Of a stretch of DNA of 64,000 nucleotides, positions 57,401 to 64,000 are shown piece after piece. This stretch comes from Rhynchobatus australiae (taxonomy: Eukaryota). Numbering within the stretch: the stretch's first letter is position 1; each line of letters begins with the position of its first letter. A program made the position numbers and the translations under genes. The notes beneath the pieces are model-generated. The model saw nothing but the letters and a program-made list of their open reading frames with translations, ran no database searches and was not told the origin of the DNA. The DNA lies in contig JAUZTB010000098.1 in assembly GCA_034780895.1 (NCBI GenBank), forward strand, positions 76,848,993-76,912,992. Direction: 5' to 3'.

Positions 57401-60400
57401 CACCCGATACTAAACTTCCAAACATTTCTTATGATCCAAATGTTATCAATGTGGTACGAGTAGAAATGCAAGTCATGGAATAAAACTTGAACATTTTATG
57501 GAGTGGCACCACGTAATAATATCAGGCATACCCAAGTATGCTATGCACATATGACTATGTAATACAAAGTAATTATCACATATCAACCTCAAACCTGAAG
57601 TGGATGCAGATACAACAGCAACATTTAAGAGGCATTTAGACAGGCACATGAGCAGACCAGGGATAGAGGATATAGACCATGTGCAGGCAGATAGGAATAG
57701 TTTAATTTGGCATAACGGTTGGCACTGACACTGTGGGCTGAAAGGCCTGTTCCTGTGCTGTACTGTTCTATGTTCCAAAATCGTACAAATACCAATAGAG
57801 CAGTATTAGCTTTGCACTCCTCTCTGTTCATAAAAATGCATACTTTATTCATAATTTATTACAAAAAACCATCAGTGCTAAAAATTTAAGCTAAAAGTAA
57901 TCAATTTAATGAGGACCTCCAAATTTTCTAAACTATAGTGCCTATCAGTGAAAAGCTAGCTCAGTGTTAAAACTGGATTTTGAAATTTTGACCAATGAAT
58001 GGGAATAAAAATGACAACTATTTTCAGGGAATCCATTTTTATTAGACTGTGAAGAAAGCAAACAGATGAAGGAAATATAGTACAATGCCAGGATAGATAC
58101 TATGACAAGTAAATCAGAACTTTTAGTCAAAGATCAGATGTACAAACTAAATTTACAAGAAAATTGCATTTAAGAATCCAAACCTTAACAGATAAACAAT
58201 GTTGGCAATCATATGGAACAGAGGAGGCTGGAAAATCAACCAAGCCAATCAGCATCTGAAAAAAGAAAGGTTACTGATTGTGTGATCCTCTGAATAGCCT
58301 GCAACATAAAGTATAATGCACTCTTCAATTTGGTGCCAGTGACACATTGTTCATTTTGAACAATCTCCTTTTTTTTTACATGTCACAATATCTCCCTTTC
58401 TCATATTCCATGTGGTTTCACTGCACTGGGATTTAATGGTAACTGCACTGCTGAAACGGCAAACTCAGTTACTGTTCAGGAGGCATTTTCAATATTGACT
58501 GATTACCTGGCATTTTCATTTGGGCTGAGAATGACATCCCCATCTGCAGTGAAGTCAATGACACAGTGCTCAGGCTGAATACCAATTCCACAAAGCTGAA
58601 TGTCCTGAGATTCATCTGCACCAACTCTGGTGTGATTCTGATGGGAAAATCAGAAGCATAAAAAGGGTTAGCACTTGGCTAGAAACATTCACACCACGTA
58701 CAGCACAGTATACCACTTCAGCCAGCTGACATGAATCAGTGTTTCCATGCACACTGGCTTGGCAAACATTTAATCATAAAAACTTTACCTAATTGAATAT
58801 TGAGTCAAAGAATAACTTAAAGCCGAAGTAACAGTAATAACAAATGTAGCAAAAGGAAAAGAGTTACTGAACTAAATTGGTATATTTAAACAGACTACTT
58901 TTTGCACTGGTTGAGTACTTTCAAGCTGGCATAATTTCTCCAAGTTTCAGAAACCAGGATACGGTGATTTTGCAACATAAACACTGGAAAAAATTCTGAC
59001 CCATGCTTCCTGCAGAAGGAAGGTGATGACTGGCAGGGAAAACTATCCTGCATTAACTGCTCTAACCTGGAAGTTGAGAAAAGTCATTAAAATCAATTGT
59101 AATCACCCCACAAATACACAACCAACTAAGTCAACCATGCAACAATGTGGGAGGCTACAACTCAAATCTCATTTAAGCGTGTGGGAGAGGTAATTGCACA
59201 CAAACACAATGACTGTTTAGTTTTTTTCCTAGTTTTTATATTCCTTACACTTGACATAGAATTGTGGGTGGAGTGGGGAGAGTTACAAGTTTAGGTTTGC
59301 ACTACAACTTTTTTTACAGTATATCTAGGGAACATTATGTGCTTTGTGACCGTCTACACACACCCAATTGAAAACAAATTCATCAAGCCAGAAACCAAAT
59401 ATGCAATTCTCATACAAAATTACATTTATCTTAATGGATACTGAAGTTAAAGACCCATAGTAGGACTTCTGTATCAACTCATCATTCACTTGAAGTTAGT
59501 GTACACAGATATACTGAATCAGTGGTGGATGATAAAGAAGGGATGATAAATGACAATTATCAATAGAGGAAAGGGTCACTCTATGACGAGCAGTCCTAAC
59601 AGTTTCACTTAATTTGGAAGATGATGCCACTAACTTTATCCCAAGATATTTGGTTTTCAATACTGTGGAAGACAAGGAAAACCTGACAGAGTATTTACAG
59701 GTCCTCCCCAGATTACAACAGGGAAACGTACGCAACCTGAAGAGTTGACAAGTCGGAAATGTGGTCACCTGACAATATATTTAAATAAAAACATAGGCCA
59801 ACCAAGGGCGAAGTGTAGTTAAACCAAGGCGTTTAACTCAACCATTCAGATTTCTCTGCAAGATGAAATGATATTGCCGTGAACTGAGTTCCCACCCAGC
59901 TGAAGATGCCTGCAGCCTCGTAGCAGCCAGCAAATCCATCCCACCAGTTTCTCAAACCTTGATATGAATGGGCTGCACAAATGTAGAGGGGTGGGTTAGT
60001 AAGTCTGCAGATGATACCAAGATTGGTGGTGTTCTGGAGAGCATAGAAGATTGCCAAAGGATACAGCAGGATATAGATCAGTTGCAGATATGGGCACAGA
60101 AATGGCAGATGGAGTTTAATCCGACCAAATGTGAGGTCTTGCACTTTGGGAGCTCAAATGTAAAGGGACATTACACTGTCAGTGGCAGGACCTTTAACTG
60201 TGTTGATGTACAGAGGGATCTTCAGGTCCAAGTCCATAGCTGTCTAAAAGTGGCCACACCGGTTGATAGGGTGGTAAAGAAGACGCATGGCATGCTTGCT
60301 TTTATTAGTCGAGGCACTGAGTTGAAGAATCAGGAAGTTATGTTGCAGCTTTATAAAATTCCATTTGTTCCTGGAGTATTGCATTCATAGGATGCATAGG

Positions 60401-63400
60401 TAGACCCATTATAGGATGTGGAGACTTTGGAGAGGCTGCAGAAGAGGTTTACCTGGATGCTGCCTGGACTAGAGGGCATGTGGTATACGGAGAGGTTGGA
60501 CAAACTTGGGTTGTTTTCTCTGAGGCAGTGGAGACTGAGGGGGAGACCTGGTAGAAGTTTATAAGATTATGGGAGGTATAGACAGACAGCCAGTATCTTT
60601 TTCCCAGGGTTGAAATGTCTAATACCAGAGGGCATGCAAGGGGGCAAGTTCAAAGGAGATGTGGGGCAAGTTTTTTTTAAGACACAGAGAGTGGCAAGTG
60701 CCTGGAATGCACTGCCGGGGGTGGTGATGGGGGCAAATACGATAGAGACATTTAAGTGGCTCTTAGGTAGGCACATGAATGTGCAGGGAATGGAGGCAGA
60801 AGGAATTAGTTTAGTTAGTCATTTAATTTAAGAGTTTAATTAGTTTGGACAAATATCATGGGCCAATGGGCCTATTCCTGTGCTGTACTGGTCTATGTTC
60901 TATAAGTTGAGCATTTGAACAGAAGGAGGACCTATGAACCATTTAGGAAGGTGGATCAACAATAGAAACATTACTGTGCAACTGCCTAAGTGTTAAGAGT
61001 GGTAATTGCATTGTAAGAGGTGCAAGGTCAGCTGAAGTTAATGTGGGTGCCTTACATATGGAGACATTAGAAATTATATCAGGAAATAAGACAACGGCAG
61101 AAGGAAGATAACAGTGCTCTGGTTGTATAGTAATCCACATAGCTGAATGCCCTGAGATTTATCTGCAGCAACTCTGGTGTAATTCTGATGTTCATGAAAA
61201 CACAGTGAACCTCCCAGAAATAGTGGAGGACAACAGGCCTGGAGTAAATGAGCTCACAGGAATCACAATTAGTGAAAAGAAACACTGGTATTCAGGCAGA
61301 TAATGGGATTGAAAAGTGATCAATTCCAAGGACCTGATGACCTCCATTATAGGATTTTGAAGGAGGCAGCAGAGAGATACTGGATTAGCTAAGATCATTT
61401 TCTTTATTTTGATTATATATTTTTATTGTTAATTATCAGCAGTTTAAGAACATTTGTTTTTAATGTTTAAATGAAAAAAAGAACTTGAAGATGTTTTTTG
61501 TTGTTGAAATGGCTCGGAGCCTCACAGCTGCAAAGGGTTTGTGATAGGAGAGCCAAGCATGGAGCTGGCCAATTGTGCACCATGGAGTCCACGATGGAGA
61601 AAGCAGACAGCACCAAATGTGGCGTGGGCTTCCACTTAACTGGGACTTGTTTTGAAACATCCACTTATGCTATACTCCTACAGCTGAAACACTTGTTACA
61701 CATAAATCACTGTTAACAGCTTGTGCTTCACACGAATGCTCACCTTCAAGTAATAAACAAGAAGCTCATTGAGTGCAGGGTCAGCATTCAGGTTGACCAG
61801 AAAGCATTTATCATCACCAACTTTAATGCCAGAAGACTCCAGAGAAATACCCATGCTCTCAAGCTGTTTCTGTCTTTCCTGTATCAAAAGTACAAAACAG
61901 ATCAACTCATTTTAGTTTGGGAAGAGATACAATCAGGCTAGTATTTCAAAGTTAACCTCTGTACTTGAGTCCAGAGATTCTTTAAAAATGAGAATAGATT
62001 TGGTTACAGAAAAGAACAATAGACAAATTGGATGAATCTAGCCTGGTCCATATTTACTAAAGACACAAACATCAAGCTCTTTTAGATCCTTTGGCAGTAA
62101 TAATTTCAAGCGACCTCAGCATAAAGACTTGTATTAAATCTCTCTTGTAAATGTGATCACAGATTCTAATTAACACAGCTATATACACAACAAAAGATGC
62201 CTCTCTCTGGAAAATACAAAGCACAGGCTGCATAGAAAACACTTGCCAAAGTCAATTTTACTTTCTGGAGGAGATTGTAAAATTGGTTCATTTTTCTTTC
62301 AAAGTAAATGCTCATTATGTTTAGCCAGAGCAGTTAGTCAAGAAGTCTAACCACATTCAGGTGTTGTCAAACGTAAATTCCTGGGTAACTAGTTAAATTA
62401 ATCAATCAATCTCAGATTGCTATTCAATTTCTATCAAGCTAAAGTCTGCTTTCAAAACAGCACACATAAATTTTGACATCTCAAAATGAAATCTGAAGTC
62501 AGGTTTCATTGAATATTTAACTACAGAACCCCAATCTCAAAAACTCTTAAAATACTAAGCAAGATAAAAAAAAGTGCTGAGACCCCAACTCTGTGACTTG
62601 CAGCAGAAAGAAAATATTAGAAAGCTAATCTTTTCAATTTTTACTATTACTACACAAAGCTTTCATCATCAGAAAATGTTGCATTGGGAATGGTACTTCA
62701 CAGGTCTGTGATCAGATAAAATCAATGGCAAATCTCCTTCAGACTATTTATTGATGAAATCAACTTCTACATAGCAGAGATAAGATTTCAAACATTGTTT
62801 TTGATTTCTGGAACAGAATTCTGAAGTACCCAGAAATGTTATGTGTTACCACATTCTTCAAAAAAAATCAAGTCTGCCCATAACAATCAGATTGAGATGT
62901 CAGCACAAATAGGTGTATGTGAAGTTACTGATTTCTTGAAGCAAATTCCTGCTCCATTTCCCCAGTGTTACTGTTATGGAATCTTAAAAATGTGAGTCAT
63001 TAATCTAATAAAAAAAGATATTAGAAAACTCAGGCATGGTAGAATTAGTAAAAGTTGAATTTGAATCATAAAACTCGAATCAAAACCAGATGAAGTCCTA
63101 TAATATTGACCAGCCTCTTGTCATATTTATGCACTTTTTCAGAGTAAAACCATGGAGGAGTGGCAGTGGGATACTCATCACCTACACTACAATCACATCA
63201 AAAAAAAACTGGAAAAATTTAATGTCATTCCATCAAAAGAAAATAAGTACAAATAATCACCACAAATAATAGCTACATTGGCAATGGGCACAAGTGACTC
63301 ATTTGAACTTAAAGTTGTTACCTAATATAAAATATATTTAATCCATCATATCATTTTCCTCCACAAACAAACCTGAGCAATTTCTTCTGTTTTCCTCAGT

Positions 63401-63483
63401 TTCTCCTCCCAAGTGACAGTCAAGTCTTTTATGAGTTTTTCAGATTCTTCCAATTTCTCCTTAAGCTCTGGCGCTTTCATTGA
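3319..63483 (-). CDS. KIF13A: Kinesin-3 family motor KIF13A, internal part of the gene (25 coding exons: neck coil/CC1, FHA domain, stalk, start of tail); gene extends beyond both window edges
   Basis: Exon translations match recalled vertebrate KIF13A in order and include KIF13A-type segments (SEASSEPDYNYEFAQMEV, DDSSENSSESGS, PKEHGSQFFYLPIIKH). GT-AG sites and phases chain correctly across all exons except 27572-27624. Confidence 0.97.
4794..4844 (-). CDS. KIF13A: KIF13A exon (~35): VSNSRTDISGYEEDECK
   Basis: 51 nt, tttctccag|...aag|gtg; resembles recalled human VSSSRPDLSGFDEDDK. Confidence 0.9.
7872..7890 (-). terminator. Two AATAAA polyadenylation signals at and just after the stop of the Gag-like ORF
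   Basis: Plus-strand tttatt at 7885-7890 (overlapping the stop) and 7872-7877; the region is AT-rich, so chance is possible. Confidence 0.45.
7886..9070 (-). CDS. Intronless Ty3/gypsy Gag-derived protein (capsid N-domain, coiled coil, degenerate zinc knuckle); candidate domesticated gene nested in a KIF13A intron
   Basis: PKFGG..RIDVEDWIRDMQQML..FATVVHHLEGRAKMLVL..AFEKLRAEYG..FFQ...E....Y capsid signature; ELTTLVKQLALHQMDQMERLQRME heptad segment; CYLCGQKGHKVKGS knuckle; ORF uninterrupted; no pol downstream. Confidence 0.85.
   Translation of the reverse strand: MDSQSFPPAHSFPARCQSESLPLVLHHSLMAPNQLVSAPKFGGNPSSRIDVEDWIRDMQQMLDVHEVPATLQFATVVHHLEGRAKMLVLELPLKDQCPAAAFEKLRAEYGNSQPSLDSTIGFFQNFEQSNEFKASYSMSAVLRSFKAKASKRSSSAHNDFKIKPQSISTPLEKNIHQRPPAVNKKSVIFKDQQTKQKQLPCENKMFSRQSGKPPKVCDPAPPEQVSEKSLGDASEFAGVQSRFEXXXXXXXXXXXXXXXXXXXXXXXXXXXXXXXXXXFEQDPALLELTTLVKQLALHQMDQMERLQRMEKLHCRASPGANLTPDNTMRSNKCDTKLKANLDSKNTRSLNCERSCTCYLCGQKGHKVKGSKSQKQPYRASKPAALFSSFKHFDK
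11270..11762 (+). mobile_element. Penelope-like element 3' end (GIY-YIG C-terminus plus terminal repeat)
   Basis: One frame reads LIFHLCSL*PNGINIDFSNFW*, then a pyrimidine tract and cagtcccaatgaagggtctcagccaaaacgtc. Confidence 0.75.
13248..13325 (-). CDS. KIF13A: KIF13A exon (~34): AVTVKEALSSKGKYMKRSVSTPNVQH
   Basis: 78 nt, phase 0/0, GTATGT donor. Confidence 0.94.
14223..14375 (-). CDS. KIF13A: KIF13A exon (~33): ASEETEDRETLALMAAKSENNGSGDGETYIEKYTRGVLEVENILSLERLRQ
   Basis: 153 nt, phase 0/0. Confidence 0.96.
15095..15888 (+). mobile_element. CR1 LINE 3' fragment (degenerate)
   Basis: QVQQAVRKAN..LECCVQFW..EERL..L RT C-terminal motifs and CR1 3' tail. Confidence 0.8.
16344..16436 (-). CDS. 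KIF13A: KIF13A exon (~32): SFTQSLKRRMSYKYILHSCGVTYEIVSNIPK
   Basis: 93 nt, phase 0/0. Confidence 0.96.
17726..17902 (-). CDS. KIF13A: KIF13A exon (~31): VSAVASWDSSVHDSIYLNKVTSQNERIYLIVKVTVQLSHPAAVELVLRKRIAVNVYNKQ
   Basis: 177 nt, phase 0/0. Confidence 0.96.
19670..20100 (+). mobile_element. Rex1/Babar LINE 3' end
   Basis: SIIKDLSHPGHFLFSPFPSGRR...RLKDSFYPAVIKLLN motif, then tail ending aaaccaattaccaat. Confidence 0.8.
20105..20315 (+). mobile_element. Old V-SINE copy
   Basis: tRNA-like head plus ggttttccgcaggtgctccagtttccttccaca core. Confidence 0.7.
20470..20675. repeat. Palindromic Penelope-terminal-repeat hairpin; further copies at ~9835-9965, 12030-12240, 42455-42655, 50750-50900, 55740-56070; single arms at ~1927-1970, 13850-13970, 23520-23640, 27520-27581
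   Basis: aacaaactgctggaggaactcag...ctgagttcctacagcagtttgtt inverted arms. Confidence 0.75.
23905..24605 (-). mobile_element. Penelope-like element fragment with GIY-YIG endonuclease remnant
   Basis: GFLYIREIKCRLGDRFVDHLGSVH..LPVACHFNSPSHS motif at ~24340-24600, terminal repeat at 23905-24020. Confidence 0.8.
25227..25351 (-). CDS. KIF13A: KIF13A exon (~30): (A)DDLRANEQLTGPHAPGVNSILPKEHGSQFFYLPIIKHSEDE
   Basis: 125 nt, phase 1/0. Confidence 0.96.
25480..25755 (+). mobile_element. L2-like LINE 3' fragment (a related fragment lies at ~19420-19640)
   Basis: ggcggttgtgttttcaactgtcctaactctaaactctggaat..ctccttaa..cttttggtca, typical of L2 3' ends. Confidence 0.5.
26380..27360 (-). mobile_element. 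Highly degenerate CR1 fragment
   Basis: Minus strand contains tcagcatggatttgttaaag (QHGFVK) and atcttt caaaagacatttgat (FQKxFD-like). Confidence 0.5.
27572..27624 (-). CDS. KIF13A: KIF13A exon (~29): ISPPGMEVHIPVLF..., 3' end corrupted (expected LDLN plus phase-1 GT donor is absent)
   Basis: Good acceptor at 27626-27625; homology clear down to 27582, then the sequence merges into a Penelope-type repeat beside a gap. Confidence 0.85.
27720..28791. mobile_element. Element with ~185-bp terminal inverted repeats (non-autonomous or decayed DNA transposon)
   Basis: 27720-27905 (atgaatggtc..gaagttatcttaacatgat..ttttaaattgttctga) is the reverse complement of 28612-28791. Confidence 0.75.
28869..28995 (-). 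CDS. KIF13A: KIF13A exon (~28): EKTEDDVEREARLVEQWVGLTEERNAVLVPAPGSGIPGAPAD(W)
   Basis: 127 nt, phase 1/2. Confidence 0.96.
29690..30960 (+). mobile_element. Old, heavily decayed CR1 LINE
   Basis: Scattered RT motifs (agttagtttgacaccagttg; tacaagagttataaggttgttctgcaattgtacagg). Confidence 0.6.
31038..31137 (-). CDS. KIF13A: KIF13A exon (~27): EEDLNEVRERWSDALMKRREYLDEQIQKIINKQ
   Basis: 100 nt, phase 0/1. Confidence 0.96.
33165..34895 (+). mobile_element. CR1 LINE, 5'-truncated, RT pseudogene
   Basis: YMDFSKPLDKVPHGRLL, PVTSGVPQ, SKFADD, WQMEFN motifs with frameshifts; CR1 tail ttatgactcta. Confidence 0.92.
36857..36889 (-). CDS. KIF13A: KIF13A 33-nt cassette microexon (~26): KEEEEDMDSYQ
   Basis: ttttctcctgccag|...ttaccag|gtattg, phase 0/0; resembles recalled human RDDEDGDDMDSYQ. 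Confidence 0.9.
37406..37690 (+). mobile_element. V-SINE variant with LINE-derived tail
   Basis: tRNA head, B-box gggttcaattccc, V-core, tail gtacatgtgactaataaag. Confidence 0.8.
39103..39249 (-). CDS. KIF13A: KIF13A exon (~25): GQSRRIEVIVKPVQHSGTLPLMVEAILSVSIGCISARSTKLQRPLDSYQ
   Basis: 147 nt, phase 0/0. Confidence 0.96.
39673..39805 (-). CDS. KIF13A: KIF13A exon (~24): WSEVTRRIEMWISVQELNEMGEYTAVELTQAKDVNTGGVFQIRQ
   Basis: 133 nt, phase 2/0. Confidence 0.96.
40522..40673 (-). CDS. KIF13A: KIF13A exon (~23): DFVVHVTEEFLEFISEGALAIEVWGHRCAGNG...KTRTLRD(R)
   Basis: 152 nt, phase 0/2. Confidence 0.96.
40835..41316 (+). mobile_element. CR1 3' fragment ending ~11 nt from the donor of KIF13A exon ~22
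   Basis: DRLGLFSPEQRRLRDDLTEVYKI motif and CR1 tail. Confidence 0.85.
41329..41502 (-). CDS. KIF13A: KIF13A exon (~22): VKIKEATGLPINLSNFVFCQYVFWEH...QYTVKFDHSK
   Basis: 174 nt, phase 0/0. Confidence 0.96.
43203..43367 (-). CDS. KIF13A: KIF13A exon (~21): VAGRLHVEVMRVNGAIPERQDGGDDSSENSSESGSCEVMDNNGEIVHMAKKLTCR
   Basis: 165 nt, phase 0/0. Confidence 0.96.
43610..43759 (-). CDS. KIF13A: KIF13A exon (~20): YNKILSKHGDPFYEAQENHNLIGVANVFLECLYHDAKLEYAVPIISQQGE
   Basis: 150 nt, phase 0/0. Confidence 0.95.
44765..44911 (-). CDS. KIF13A: KIF13A exon (~19): RGAIVSESAIQVRRKGKGTQVWAIEKLENKLIDMRDLYQDWKEKDMVEY
   Basis: 147 nt, phase 0/0, GTGAGT donor. Confidence 0.94.
45232..47920 (+). mobile_element. 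CR1 LINE with APE endonuclease and RT remnants, internally deleted in this assembly
   Basis: KRGGGVALLIRD, LLGVFYRPP, VVMGDFN, GDSDHN (EN); YMDFSKEFDKVPH, SKFADDTK, WQMEFN (RT). Confidence 0.93.
48110..48382. mobile_element. Tc1/mariner (Tigger/pogo-like) MITE
   Basis: ta-cagggaacacccatgttac ... gtaatatgggggttgccta-ta imperfect TIRs with TA flanks. Confidence 0.55.
49982..50144 (-). CDS. KIF13A: KIF13A exon (~18): DQLFRHSLAKLREQIVRANALVREANFLAEEMNKQTDYQVTLQIPAANLSANRK
   Basis: 163 nt, phase 2/0. Confidence 0.96.
50285..50725 (-). mobile_element. Degenerate LINE 3' fragment (CR1/L2 group)
   Basis: ctggcaaggccagtgtttatt..gagaaggtg pattern recalled as the reverse of a common chondrichthyan LINE tail. 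Confidence 0.45.
51471..51681 (-). CDS. KIF13A: KIF13A exon (~17): DPVQNVVQILEKQYLEEKQNALEEQRLMYERELE...QQKVKLWSEE(R)
   Basis: 211 nt, phase 1/2. Confidence 0.96.
52466..52641 (-). CDS. KIF13A: KIF13A exon (~16): INLPMRKRRDKL...SEASSEPDYNYEFAQMEVMMKALSSN
   Basis: 176 nt, phase 2/1. Confidence 0.96.
53595..53887 (-). mobile_element. Rex1/Babar 3' end (another tail at ~52780-52921)
   Basis: Reverse complement of 19810-20100 type sequence. Confidence 0.75.
56630..56716 (-). CDS. KIF13A: KIF13A exon (~15): TCLNGAVLQAPNSLWHGDRILWGNNHFF(R), FHA domain
   Basis: 87 nt, phase 2/2, conserved HGDRILWGNNHFFR motif. Confidence 0.96.
57590..57775 (+). mobile_element. CR1 3' tail (similar short tails at ~48525-48600 and 53130-53295)
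   Basis: acatttaagaggcatttagacagg..tgggctgaaaggcctgttcctgtgctgtactgttctatgttc. Confidence 0.75.
58507..58637 (-). CDS. KIF13A: KIF13A exon (~14): NHTRVGADESQDIQLCGIGIQPEHCVIDFTADGDVILSPNENA(R), FHA domain
   Basis: 131 nt, phase 0/2, canonical splice sites. Confidence 0.96.
59978..60903 (+). mobile_element. CR1 LINE 3' part, RT C-terminus
   Basis: GWVSKSADDTKIGG, WQMEFNPTKCEVLHFG motifs, CR1 tail. Confidence 0.92.
61744..61878 (-). CDS. KIF13A: KIF13A exon (~13): ERQKQLESMGISLESSGIKVGDDKCFLVNLNADPALNELLVYYLK
   Basis: 135 nt, canonical splice sites, start of FHA region. Confidence 0.97.
63373..63483 (-). CDS. KIF13A: KIF13A exon (~12): SMKAPELKEKLEESEKLIKDLTVTWEEKLRKTEEIAQ
   Basis: 111 nt, AG at 63485-63484, GT at 63372-63371, phase 0/0. 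Confidence 0.96.
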
Positions 63484-64000
63484 CTAAATGACAGACACAA
63501 ACAGATTAAGTCATTCTTAATATGCATTAACAACAATTCATACAGAGAAATGAATTTCATAATCTTCACGCTGCAGCTGAAACTTCATCAGGGTAGAGGC
63601 AATAAAGTGAATCTTCAGCTGACTCTAGGTTTAAACACCTCATGTATGTTCACTGAAAGGCACAGTTAGTTGAAGATGTACTTTGTCTTCTTCTGCACAC
63701 AAACATTCTTCATAGTCTGATTGAATTCATGATCAATAAACTGACTCTGCTTTAGATTAGCTCAATTAGTAGAAATCAGAAATTGAACTTGGGACTTGTC
63801 CAAACCAATATAATTCAGGTACTTGGTTCCAAAACTGGATGACCCAGATATCAATCCTCTTTCGATATGAGAAGGATATTGTTTTGTAACTTTTTGTCCT
63901 TCAAAGTTCTGGTGGTAGTGGCCAACATTAGTTATTACCTCCTGATAACATCATTCTGACATTCACATGAGACAGGTTCTATGCTTAACTATCCTCTTTG

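Overview
Eukaryotic (vertebrate) genomic DNA from a gapped draft assembly. The repeat content (V-SINE/HE1-type tRNA SINEs, CR1, Rex1/Babar, Penelope-like hairpins) points to a cartilaginous fish, probably a batoid. The window lies inside the kinesin-3 gene KIF13A on the minus strand. I read 25 consecutive coding exons (63483 down to 3319), which match human exons ~12-36 by recalled numbering. All have GT-AG boundaries and consistent phases except one exon (27624) that runs into a repeat next to a gap. The main discovery is an intact, intronless, sense-strand ORF (7886-9070, ~358 aa once a spurious 100-N gap is collapsed) nested in the intron between exons ~34 and ~35. It encodes a Ty3/gypsy Gag-like protein: capsid N-domain, coiled coil and degenerate CCHC knuckle. 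It has no pol and no visible LTRs, and AATAAA signals sit at the stop. It is a candidate domesticated Gag gene of the Arc/PNMA/RTL type, with an in-frame upstream acceptor that could even give a kinesin-capsid fusion isoform. Family assignments come from recalled motifs, not database searches. Repeat boundaries are approximate.
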